64,000 nt of DNA from positions 26,953-90,952 of the forward strand of contig JBBRGX010000001.1 of the NCBI GenBank assembly GCA_038223605.1. The letters run 5' to 3'. The position numbers and the translations under genes were made by a program. Under the pieces are notes generated by a model that was not told the DNA's origin, did not search any database, and saw only the letters and a list, made by a program, of their open reading frames with translations. This document shows, in pieces, positions 17,966-26,701 of this stretch. The DNA comes from Actinomycetales bacterium. Its GTDB lineage: Bacteria > Actinomycetota > Actinomycetes > Actinomycetales > Cellulomonadaceae. Numbering within the stretch: the first letter of the stretch is position 1; each line of letters begins with the position of its first letter.

Positions 17966-20694
17966 GCCAGCACCTCCGTCTTGGCCTTGGCGTGCTCGAG
18001 GTGAGCGGCCACCTGGGCCACCGCCGCGCCGGCGTGCACGATCGTGTCGACGATGTCCTTCGCCCCCGACGCCGTGCCGGCGACGAACACCCCGGGGATG
18101 TCGGTCCGGCCGGGGTCGAGGTCCTCGCTGGGCTCGGCGACGTAGAAGTACTCGTCCATCGCGAGCGCCTCCCCGGTGAAGAGCTTCTCGACCTCGCGGT
18201 TGGGCTGGATGCCGATCGCCAGGACCACGAGGTCGTACTCGGCCTCGACGATCTCCCCCGTCCCCTCGGTGTCCTCGTACCGAAGGACGAGGTCGCCGTT
18301 CTCCTTCTCGGTCACCCCCGAGACACGGCCGCGGATGTACTGCGCTCCCATGTCCTTGGCCTGCTCGTAGAACTCGTCGTACCGCTTCCCGGCGGCCCGC
18401 ATGTCCATGTAGTGCATGGTGACGTCCGCCAGCGGGAGAGCTCCCATGATCAGCTGGTTCTGCTTGATCGAGTACATGCAGCAGACCTTGGAGCACAGCG
18501 GGTTGCCCACCTGCTTGTCGCGAGAGCCGGTGCAGGAGATGTAGGCGATCCGCTCGGGCACCTTCCCGTCGCCGGGGCGCAGCACGGTGTTGTAGGGCCG
18601 GGTCGGGGCCAGCAGCCGGTCCATCTGCATGCCGGTGATCACGTTGGGGTACCGGCCCCAGCCGTACTCGGGCTTCGCGTCGGCGGGAAAGAGCTTGTAG
18701 CCCGTCGAGACGACGACGGCGCCGACCTCGACCGTCGACCGCTTCTCCTTCTGGTCCATCCGGATCGCGTCGGCAGGGCAGACCCGTACGCACTCCTGGC
18801 ACTCGGAGCAGACACCGCAGTCCAGGCAGCTGCCTGCTCCGGCCCGCGCCTGCTCGGCGGTGAGCGACGCCTCGATCTCATGGAAGTCCCTCGGCCGCGT
18901 GACGAGGTCCACCTCGGCCTTGATCGGGTTGCGGTGGCCGAAGGCGGTCTGTCGGGACAGGACGGCGTCCTGCCCGATGGTGCCGATCCGGTCGTCGAGG
19001 GCCGTGAACCCGGTCAACGGCTCGTCGTTGATCCACCGCTCGACCATGTGCGCGGCACGCCGACCGGCGCCGATCGCCCGGGTGATGTCGGTGGCGCCCA
19101 TCGTCACGTCGCCGGCGGCGAACAGGTAGGGGATCTCGGTCTGCAGCGTCTGCGGGTCGACCGTGATCCGCCGGCCACGCCCGATCCCGACGACCTGCTC
19201 GTAGAGGCTCGAGTCGGGGCTCATCCCGATCGTGGAGATCACCATGTCGCAGTCGTGCGTGACCTCGGAGCCGGGGACGGGCTCCGGGCTGCGCCGACCG
19301 GAGGCATCGGCCTCGCCGAGGCGCATCCGTTGCAGGGTGATCCCGCTCACGCGGCCATCGGTCGCGACGACGGCGAGCGGGGCGACGAGGAAGTCGAAGA
19401 CCGCGCCCTCGGCCTCGGCGTCGTCGGCCTCGACGTGGTGCGCCGGCATCTCGGCGCGGGTCCTGCGGTAGACGACCTTGGCCTCGGCGGCACCGAGCCG
19501 CAGACAGACGCGAGCCGCGTCCATCGCGACGTTGCCACCGCCGACGATGACGACCTTCTTGCCGGTGAGGTCGGGAGCGTTGTCGTTCGCGACGTCGGCG
19601 AGGAAGTCCAGGCCGTTGACCGAGCCGGCGGCGTCCTCGTTCGGGACGTCCATCGGGGTCGCCTCCTGCGTCCCGGTCGCCACGATCACGGCGTCGTAGC
19701 CGGAGTCCTTCAGGGCGACGAGGTCGGTGATCGCCGCATCGCACTCGATCTCGACCCCGATCGAGGTGAGGTTGGCGATATCGGCGTCGACGACCTCCCG
19801 CGGGAGCCGGTAGGCCGGGATCGCATGCCGCAGGTAGCCACCGGGAGCCGAGCGCTTCTCGAAGATCTTGACCTCGAAGCCCTGGCGCGCCAGCTGCCAC
19901 GCAGCGGTCAGACCGGCGGGGCCGGACCCGACCACCGCGACCCGGCGACCGTTCGACGGCGCGATCTCGACGGCGGGTCCGCGGGGTGCGTCCTCCTGGC
20001 CCGCGTAGTGCTGGTCGGCGGCGAACCGCTTGATCAGCCGGATCGGGACCGCGCCCTCGAGCTTGGTGCGCGTGCACTCGGACTCGCACGGTGCGTAGCA
20101 GGCACGGCCGAGCGTCCCGACGAGCGGGGTGGCGTCCAGCACGAGCTGGAACGCCTCCTCGTCCTTGCCGCTGCGGACCAGCGAGACGTAGCCGTGGGCC
20201 TTGATGCCCGCCGGGCACGCCCCGATGCACGGGGACGTGCCCTCGCGGGTCAGGACGGCCTTCTTCGGCACGGCCTGCGGGAAGGCGATGTAGGCCGCGC
20301 GGCGTGCGACCAGGTCGGAGTTGAACTCGTCGGGGACAGCGACGGTGCAGGCCGTCTGGCAGTCGTTGCAGCCCGTGCACGCGGCCCAGTCGACGAAGGT
20401 CGGCTTCTCGATGACCTCGGCGTGGAACCTGCCGAAGGCGTCGCGCGTGATCCCGGTCACCTCGGAGTACGTCTTCGTGGTGATGTTCGGGTGGTTGATC
20501 GTCGAGGACATCTTCGGGCCGGAGATGCAGCTCGCGCAGTCGAGGGTCGGGAACACCTTGGACAGCAGGATCATCCGCCCGCCGACGCTCGCCTCCTTCT
20601 CGACGAGAAGCACCTTGTAGCCCATGTCGCCGAGCTTGATCGACGACTCCATCCCGCCGATCCCGCTGCCGATCACCAGGACGTCGTAGTCCAT
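17962..20694 (-). CDS. HdrA-like flavoprotein with inserted GltD/NfnB-like NAD(P)H oxidoreductase module (QmoA/HdrL-like)
   Basis: GSGIGG and KVFPTLDCASC; ferredoxin half CTGCNDCQTAC; insert with CIGACP, GRACYAPCESEC, GSGPAG, GGGNVAMD and YRR; then CSECQECVRVCP and CTGSR...CSKVCC. Confidence 0.88.
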   Translation of the reverse strand: MDYDVLVIGSGIGGMESSIKLGDMGYKVLLVEKEASVGGRMILLSKVFPTLDCASCISGPKMSSTINHPNITTKTYSEVTGITRDAFGRFHAEVIEKPTFVDWAACTGCNDCQTACTVAVPDEFNSDLVARRAAYIAFPQAVPKKAVLTREGTSPCIGACPAGIKAHGYVSLVRSGKDEEAFQLVLDATPLVGTLGRACYAPCESECTRTKLEGAVPIRLIKRFAADQHYAGQEDAPRGPAVEIAPSNGRRVAVVGSGPAGLTAAWQLARQGFEVKIFEKRSAPGGYLRHAIPAYRLPREVVDADIANLTSIGVEIECDAAITDLVALKDSGYDAVIVATGTQEATPMDVPNEDAAGSVNGLDFLADVANDNAPDLTGKKVVIVGGGNVAMDAARVCLRLGAAEAKVVYRRTRAEMPAHHVEADDAEAEGAVFDFLVAPLAVVATDGRVSGITLQRMRLGEADASGRRSPEPVPGSEVTHDCDMVISTIGMSPDSSLYEQVVGIGRGRRITVDPQTLQTEIPYLFAAGDVTMGATDITRAIGAGRRAAHMVERWINDEPLTGFTALDDRIGTIGQDAVLSRQTAFGHRNPIKAEVDLVTRPRDFHEIEASLTAEQARAGAGSCLDCGVCSECQECVRVCPADAIRMDQKEKRSTVEVGAVVVSTGYKLFPADAKPEYGWGRYPNVITGMQMDRLLAPTRPYNTVLRPGDGKVPERIAYISCTGSRDKQVGNPLCSKVCCMYSIKQNQLIMGALPLADVTMHYMDMRAAGKRYDEFYEQAKDMGAQYIRGRVSGVTEKENGDLVLRYEDTEGTGEIVEAEYDLVVLAIGIQPNREVEKLFTGEALAMDEYFYVAEPSEDLDPGRTDIPGVFVAGTASGAKDIVDTIVHAGAAVAQVAAHLEHAKAKTEVLA

Positions 20695-20737
20695 GAGTTG
20701 CTCCTGCTTCCCGCGCGGCCCAGCAGGCCGCGGCTGA

Positions 20738-21217
20738 TCAGATGAAGAGGTTGACGTTCGACTCGTCGGCATCGCTGAGGTAGGACGCGACTCCGGCGTA
20801 CTCGATGCCGTCGAGCAGCTCTTCCTTGCGGAGCCCCATGACATCCATCGACATCGTGCAGGCGACGAGCTTGATGCCCTGCTCGCGCGCGGAGTCGATG
20901 AGCTCGGTGAGCGTCATGACGTTCTGCTGCCTCATCACCCGCATCATCAGCTTCGGGCCGACCCCGGCGAAGTTCAGGTTCGACAGCCCGAGCTTCTTCG
21001 GCCCGCGCGGCATCATCGCGCCGAACATCTTCTGCAGCGGCGTCTTGCCGGTCGTCTTGACGTGGGTGTCCTTGCGCAGGGCGTTCAGGCCCCAGAAGGT
21101 GAAGAACATCGTGACCTCGTCATCCATCGCCGCCGCACCGTTGGCGATGATGAACGCGGCCATCACCTTGTCGAACTCTCCACTGAAGACGATGATCGTC
21201 TTCCTGCTGGTCTCCAC
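20738..21217 (-). CDS. DsrE/DsrF/DrsH-like (DsrE2) sulfur-carrier protein
   Basis: FSGEFDKVMAAFIIANGA, FFTFWGL, ACTMSMD and C-terminal LFI. GTG start after GAGAGGGA. Confidence 0.9.
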   Translation of the reverse strand: METSRKTIIVFSGEFDKVMAAFIIANGAAAMDDEVTMFFTFWGLNALRKDTHVKTTGKTPLQKMFGAMMPRGPKKLGLSNLNFAGVGPKLMMRVMRQQNVMTLTELIDSAREQGIKLVACTMSMDVMGLRKEELLDGIEYAGVASYLSDADESNVNLFI

Positions 21218-21318
21218 CGCGGTGTTCCCTCTCGTTGGTGCCGACACTCTCTTGGCGTGCACGTTCCACGGCTGTTCACGATCTGCGCCCGCCACCCGGC
21301 AACCGGTGGACCGAGCCG

Positions 21319-21747
21319 TCAGCCGACCGGCACCGCCCGAGGGCCGAGCAGGTTCAGGGCCTCGGCGAACTCACGCATGTACTTGGCGAACGGCTCAGCA
21401 CAGACCGAGCAGACGGCCGCCATCTTGAGCCTGTTGGGCTCGAAGCCCCTCTCCTTCATCAGCTCCTGGGCCTGTGCGGCGATCCGTGAGGTCCGCTCGG
21501 CACAGTCCGGGAGGAAGGCGCACTCCTCGCCGTCGGAGGCGATGAAGACCCCGTCCTGACCCGACTCGAGCGCGTGCAGGATCCAGGCCGGCTTGATCCC
21601 GCTGCTGCAGGGCATCGCGAGGACCGAGACCGAGGCCGGGTAGTGCAGGTGCCGGCTTCCGGCCAGGTCGATGCCCGGGTCCGAGATGTTGTTCGTCGAG
21701 AAGACCAGGATCTTGGGCATCGGACCGTCGGCGCTGAGGTGGGCCAT
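21319..21747 (-). CDS. MvhD/FlpD-like iron-sulfur subunit (divergent cysteine pattern)
   Basis: KILVF...DLAG...YP...MPCSSGIKP.WIL.AL..G.DGV and GFEPNRL motifs of the MvhD fold. Confidence 0.8.
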   Translation of the reverse strand: MAHLSADGPMPKILVFSTNNISDPGIDLAGSRHLHYPASVSVLAMPCSSGIKPAWILHALESGQDGVFIASDGEECAFLPDCAERTSRIAAQAQELMKERGFEPNRLKMAAVCSVCAEPFAKYMREFAEALNLLGPRAVPVG

Positions 21748-21754
21748 CAGGAGG

Positions 21755-22015
21755 TCACTTCATCTTCTTCAGGAAGAGGCGCAGGAAGCCACCGTCCTCG
21801 AAGCTGCCGAGGTACTCGTGGCCCATCTTCTTCGACCAGGCCGGGACGTCCTTGAGGGTGCCCGAGTCCGTCGCGAGGACCTCCATCACGCCGCCGACGG
21901 GCACCGAGGCGATGGCCTTCTTGGCCGCAAGGATCGGACCGGGGCACGAGGTCCCCCGCGCGTCGACGACCTGGGTGCCGGTGATCGCCTTGAGCTCTTC
22001 GATGGCAACCGTCAT
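21755..22015 (-). CDS. TusA/SirA family sulfurtransferase
   Basis: VDARGTSCPGP and D.P.W...GH motifs; AGGAGG RBS. Confidence 0.92.
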   Translation of the reverse strand: MTVAIEELKAITGTQVVDARGTSCPGPILAAKKAIASVPVGGVMEVLATDSGTLKDVPAWSKKMGHEYLGSFEDGGFLRLFLKKMK

Positions 22016-22272
22016 GATGCGACCTCCTGAGAAGGGCGCAGCAGCCTGCGCCGGGGTGGGGTCCTGAGGACGGCACCATGGATCGCCAGATCCCGTCCGG
22101 CTCGGCCCGTGGCGGGCTTTCGTGAGCCACGCTGCACGAGCCCTCTGCCGCGTCGAGGCATGCCGAGGCCGGCCGGGGCGGATGGTCCGCCTCGGCCCGA
22201 CGTCGGACCTCGATGCTTGGGCACGGGACCAGGCTGCACCCTCCCCCGTAGGGAAGGCGCAGGCCTGAGGTC

Positions 22273-22288
22273 CTACCCCCGGGGGTAT
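22273..22288. promoter_or_regulatory. CsoR/CstR/RcnR-type operator upstream of the tusA-hdr operon
   Basis: Perfect 14-bp palindrome TACCCCCGGGGGTA at 22274-22287. Confidence 0.72.
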
Positions 22289-22453
22289 GCAATGCCCAAT
22301 GCGTCACACTTCTTCTCGCGCGCTCGAGAAAGCCACGCAATGGCATGAATGATCCGGCAATTGCCGTGCTTATGGCATTGCCTCCGTGCGATGACGACGG
22401 GCGGGTCCGTCGTCACCGCCGGAGCGGCGCCCCCTGGCCCAGGACCCCTCAGC

Positions 22454-22948
22454 TCACCGGGTGCTGACCTCGCGCAGCAGCCCGGTCGCCACGTCGAAGA
22501 CGAATCCGCGGACCGCATCGGTGTACGGGATCGACGTCGCCTCGGCGATCCGCGCCATCGACTGGCGGACGTCAGCATCCACGTCGGCGAACGCCTCGGC
22601 AGCCCATCGCGGCTTCACGCCCGTCTCGGCCTGGACCTGGGCCTTGAGGTCGTCATCGGTGAAGGTCAGCATCCCGCAGTCGGTGTGGTGGACGAGGACG
22701 ATCTCGCGGGTACCGAGCAGCCGCTGGGAGATCGTCAACGAACGGAGCACGTCATCGGTCACCACCCCACCGGCGTTGCGGATGACATGCGACTCGCCCT
22801 CGGCGATCCCGAGCGCTCGGTAGACGTCGAGCCGCGCATCCATGCAGGCGACGACGGCGATGTGGCGCGACGGGGGAAGCGGCAGCGGACCGGCGAAGGT
22901 TGCGGCGTAGCCGGCGTTGTTCTCGAGGTACTCGGAGGTGACGGACAC
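22454..22948 (-). CDS. Beta-class carbonic anhydrase (short, clade D / Rv1284-like)
   Basis: Zn ligands in ACMDAR and HHTDCG; IRNAGG motif. Confidence 0.92.
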   Translation of the reverse strand: MSVTSEYLENNAGYAATFAGPLPLPPSRHIAVVACMDARLDVYRALGIAEGESHVIRNAGGVVTDDVLRSLTISQRLLGTREIVLVHHTDCGMLTFTDDDLKAQVQAETGVKPRWAAEAFADVDADVRQSMARIAEATSIPYTDAVRGFVFDVATGLLREVSTR

Positions 22949-23500
22949 GGGTGTCTCCAGACGCGGGTGGGGCGGCGCGCGACGAGGTCGGCGACCAGAG
23001 GGTCATCCCGGAGCAGTGCCGGGGTTGCGGTCGGTGGCGCCATGCGGCGGGACCTGCCGCGGCTTCAGACGGGTCGACAGCGGCCGTCGAACACGTGGAG
23101 CCGACGGCTCGGCCAGAAGGCCTCGAGGTCGTTGCCGAAGAGCTGCACCCGACGAGGATGGAGCGGCGACACGTGAGTCGCAAGCCCTCGTCCGGGATCC
23201 GGGATCCGCACCGGAACGACATCGCGTGCCCCTGCCCGCCCCCCCACTTGCACTTTCCGGGGAGCCTGAACCGCGACCGGCCGATTGGTCGCCGTCAGGG
23301 ACTGCCACCCGTTCCGCTCCGGTGCCTGTGACGTCGGGCCCGCGAACGATTCGGGACGCACCGCGCGACGGGATGTCGACCGTCGACGCGTGCGTGAGAT
23401 CCTGGACGCCGCTGTGGCGTCGTCCACACTATACATCGGCAGGCGACGAGCTGACTTGAGGGGCCGCGCGCGCGGAAGCACCCGGGTGCAGAGTGGACCC

Positions 23501-24532
23501 ATGACGCCCGTCTTCCGGCCCCCCGTCCCGCTCCGCCGCCCGCCGACTCAGGCGCCGCTCAAGATCGCCGTCGTCGGTGCAGGGGGGTGGGGCGAGCAGC
23601 ACGCCCGAGTCTTCGCCGACCGGACGGACACGACGCTGTGCGCCCTCGTCGGCCGCGATCCCGCCAGGACCGCTGCGCGCGCCGAGGCCTACGGGACCGT
23701 CGGCTACACCGACCTCGACGCCATGCTCGACGCCGAGGCACCCGATCTCGTCACGGTCAGCCTGCCGAACGAGGAGCACTTCGGGCCGACCCTCGCCCTC
23801 CTGGAGCGTGAGGTCCCGCTGCTGGTGGAGAAGCCCCTCGTCTTCGACCTCGAGGAGGCCGACATCCTGATCGACGTGGCCGAGCGCCACGGCGTCTTCT
23901 TTGCCATCGACCTCAACCACCGCTACGCGGAGCCGGTCCAGCGACTGCGTCGCGCGATCGACGCCGGCGAGCTGGGCGAGCTCGTCTTCGCGACCTGGCG
24001 GTTCGGCGGCGAGGCGAACCTCGGCACCTCGCGGCATGCCAACCTCATCGAGACCCAGGTGCACGGGCTCGACATGCTCGAGCACCTCTGCGGGCCGATC
24101 GCCTCCGTGATGGCCCAGACCTTCGACCGCACCCATCCCGGGGTGGTCACCACCCTCGCCGTCGCGCTGGAGTTCGCGAACGGCGCCGTCGGGACCCTCC
24201 TGGGAACCTACGACTCCTCGTACGCCTACCCGGGGACCCACCACCTCGAGATCAACGGCACGAGGGGGCGCGGGGTCGTGCTCGACACCGTCCGGAGCCT
24301 TGAGCTCTCCCGCGTGGGAGACGACACCACCCGCCGCTGGCAGGCGGGCTACTTCGACGACGAGGCACGGAGCTTCCACGCGACGCTGGACCGGTACGTC
24401 GACGCGATGCTCGCAGCCTTCCGCGCCGGGGACCCCCCGCCGGTGCCGGCGAGCGCGGGTCGGCGGGCCCTTGCCGTGGCCGAGGCGATCATCCGGTCAG
24501 CTGAGCACGGGGTCCGCGTCCCCACGCCCTGA
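23501..24532 (+). CDS. Gfo/Idh/MocA family oxidoreductase
   Basis: VVGAGGWG...H, LVEKP, NHRY and HGLD motifs. Confidence 0.9.
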   Translation: MTPVFRPPVPLRRPPTQAPLKIAVVGAGGWGEQHARVFADRTDTTLCALVGRDPARTAARAEAYGTVGYTDLDAMLDAEAPDLVTVSLPNEEHFGPTLALLEREVPLLVEKPLVFDLEEADILIDVAERHGVFFAIDLNHRYAEPVQRLRRAIDAGELGELVFATWRFGGEANLGTSRHANLIETQVHGLDMLEHLCGPIASVMAQTFDRTHPGVVTTLAVALEFANGAVGTLLGTYDSSYAYPGTHHLEINGTRGRGVVLDTVRSLELSRVGDDTTRRWQAGYFDDEARSFHATLDRYVDAMLAAFRAGDPPPVPASAGRRALAVAEAIIRSAEHGVRVPTP

Positions 24533-24608
24533 GACGGGCGAGCGCCGCTCGGCCCTCCTGCCCGGTCCCGGGTGCGAGCACCCCCCGGGAGGAGGTTGGA
24601 TGGGTGCC

Positions 24609-25616
24609 ATGGACTACCGACACCTGGGCAGCAGCGGACTCAAGGTCTCTGAGATCACCTACGGCAACTGGTTGACCCACGGGTCGCAGATCGAGAACGA
24701 GACGGCGACGCGTTGCGTGCACGCCGCCATCGACGCGGGGATCACGACCTTCGACACCGCTGACGTGTACGCCAACACCGCGGCCGAGACCGTGCTCGGT
24801 GAGGCGCTGAAGGGCCAGCGGCGCGCCTCCCTGGAGATCCTCACGAAGGTGTACTGGCCGACCGGACCGCAGGGACCGAACGACCGTGGCCTGTCCCGCA
24901 AGCACATCCTCGAGTCGATCGACGCCTCCCTTGCTCGCCTGCAGACCGACTACGTCGATCTCTACCAGGCTCATCGCTACGACCACGACACGCCGCTCGA
25001 GGAGACGATGCAGGCGTTCGCCGACATCGTCCGGGCAGGAAAGGCCCTGTACATCGGGGTGAGCGAGTGGACCGCTGAGCAGATCCGCGCCGGGCAGGCG
25101 CTCGCCACGACCCTCGGCTTCCGGCTCGTCTCGAACCAGCCCCAGTACTCCATGCTGTGGCGGGTCATCGAGGAGGAGGTCGTCCCGACGTCACGCGAGC
25201 TGGGCCTCTCCCAGATCGTGTGGTCGCCCGTCGCCCAGGGCGTGCTCACCGGCAAGTACCGGCCCGGGGCCGCGCTCCCCGCCGGATCACGCGCCACCGA
25301 CGAGAAGGGCGGCGCCCGGATGATCTCGCGCTTCCTGCGCGAGGACGTCCTGGAGCGGGTGCAGGGGCTCGTCCCCATCGCCAAGGAGCTGGATCTGACG
25401 ACCGCCCAGCTGGCCGTGGCGTGGGTGCTGCAGAACGAGAACGTCGCAGCGGCGATCATCGGCGCCTCGCGCCCCGAGCAGGTCCACGAGAACGTCGCCG
25501 CCGCCGGGGTACGGATCCCGGCGGAGGCGATGACCCGCATCGACGAGGCACTCGGCACCGTCGTCGAGCGCGACCCCGCCAGGACGACGGAGAGCTCTCC
25601 GCCCGCCAGCCGCTGA
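24609..25616 (+). CDS. Aldo/keto reductase (Kv-beta/YghZ-like)
   Basis: LGSSGLKVS, FDTADVY, TKVYW, DLYQAH, YIGVSEW and NQPQYS motifs. Confidence 0.92.
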   Translation: MDYRHLGSSGLKVSEITYGNWLTHGSQIENETATRCVHAAIDAGITTFDTADVYANTAAETVLGEALKGQRRASLEILTKVYWPTGPQGPNDRGLSRKHILESIDASLARLQTDYVDLYQAHRYDHDTPLEETMQAFADIVRAGKALYIGVSEWTAEQIRAGQALATTLGFRLVSNQPQYSMLWRVIEEEVVPTSRELGLSQIVWSPVAQGVLTGKYRPGAALPAGSRATDEKGGARMISRFLREDVLERVQGLVPIAKELDLTTAQLAVAWVLQNENVAAAIIGASRPEQVHENVAAAGVRIPAEAMTRIDEALGTVVERDPARTTESSPPASR

Positions 25617-25697
25617 GGACGAGGCACCCGTCTCGACCGCCGCAGCCGGCGGACGGGCGGGGTGCCTCGATCCAGGCGCGCAGCGGAGCGGTCGGCC

Positions 25698-26126
25698 TCA
25701 GTCGAGACGACCGAGGCGCATGGTCACGGGCACGCCCGTCTCGACGGTCCTGGACACGGTGCACGAGTGGTCGTGCGAGATCTGCAGGGCTCGGGCCAGC
25801 ACCTGCCGCGCAGCATCGCCGGCCTCATCCTGCGGGAAGCGGACGTCGAACGTGACGACGATCTCGCGCAGGATCGAGCCGTCCGGCTCCCGGAGCTTCT
25901 CCGCGTCCACCTGGGCGACGAACCGGGTGGGCTCGCTCCGTCGGCCCGTCACGACCTCGACGTCGACGGCCGAGCAGCCGGCGATCGCGACCATGAGGAG
26001 CTCGACGGGAGAGAAGTCGGACTCGTCGGACGTCCCGAAGCGGAGCTCGCCGCCGCGGTCGTTGCGGGCGAGGTAGGCGCCCTCCCCTGCCCGTTCGATG
26101 CGCAGGGAGCGGTGGGTGTCGGTCAT
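25698..26126 (-). CDS. OsmC/Ohr family protein
   Basis: SPVELL..AIAGC and SCTVSRT (two-Cys pattern). ATG overlaps the upstream gene stop. Confidence 0.85.
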   Translation of the reverse strand: MTDTHRSLRIERAGEGAYLARNDRGGELRFGTSDESDFSPVELLMVAIAGCSAVDVEVVTGRRSEPTRFVAQVDAEKLREPDGSILREIVVTFDVRFPQDEAGDAARQVLARALQISHDHSCTVSRTVETGVPVTMRLGRLD

Positions 26127-26701
26127 CGCCCGATCGTCGCACGGACCGGGTCGCTGCTGCGCGGCACCGGGCAGGCCCCGTCGTTCTCCAGCCGCCGCAC
26201 GAGGGCCCAGACGAGAAGCACGAGGGCCGCCCCGGCGAGCCATGGTTGCACGGGGGCGAACCACTGCAGCGCACCGCTGTAGCCGAGGGCGAGCAGGGCG
26301 AGCTTGTTGCAGACCGGGCAGCCCACGGCGAGGAAGGTGAACAGCCCGCCGACCATCCCGGCCCGCCGCTGGGTGTCCTTCGCCCCGTCGCCCACCGCCA
26401 CGAACCCGTGCTGCTCGCCGGGACCCCCCGGCACCTCGGCGACGTAGGTCGCGAAGAGCAGACCCGAGAGGGCTGCGGTGACCAGGAGCACCGGCCAGGC
26501 CCATGCCGTCGGCGGGACCTCGCGACCGAAGACCGGGTTCGGGATCAGTGCGGTCGGGATCGCGACGACCAGCACGGTCGCGACCGTGGTCACGAGCGCC
26601 GCGAGGTGGCGTCGGCGCCCCCACCGTCGCCATGCCGCCCAGGCCGCGGGCAGCGAGCGGCGGGCCAGCGGACGACGGCTCAGGCTCTCGTGGCTCCTCA
26701 T
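26123..26701 (-). CDS. Membrane protein with CxxC (GCPVCNK) motif
   Basis: About 4 TM helices, FLAVGCPVCNKL and a C-terminal ACPV. Start uncertain. Confidence 0.75.
   Translation of the reverse strand: MRSHESLSRRPLARRSLPAAWAAWRRWGRRRHLAALVTTVATVLVVAIPTALIPNPVFGREVPPTAWAWPVLLVTAALSGLLFATYVAEVPGGPGEQHGFVAVGDGAKDTQRRAGMVGGLFTFLAVGCPVCNKLALLALGYSGALQWFAPVQPWLAGAALVLLVWALVRRLENDGACPVPRSSDPVRATIGR

Noticed and set aside
14717-22015. Calling the operon canonical sHdr, methanogen HdrABC-MvhAGD or sulfate-reducer qmoABC
   Set aside because: No HdrB/CCG subunit, LbpA, hydrogenase or aprAB in the window, and the domain architecture differs, so gene symbols were withheld.
22949-23500. Short ORFs in the CA-Gfo intergenic region
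   Set aside because: No motifs, RBS or coherent protein-like composition; treated as a divergent promoter region.
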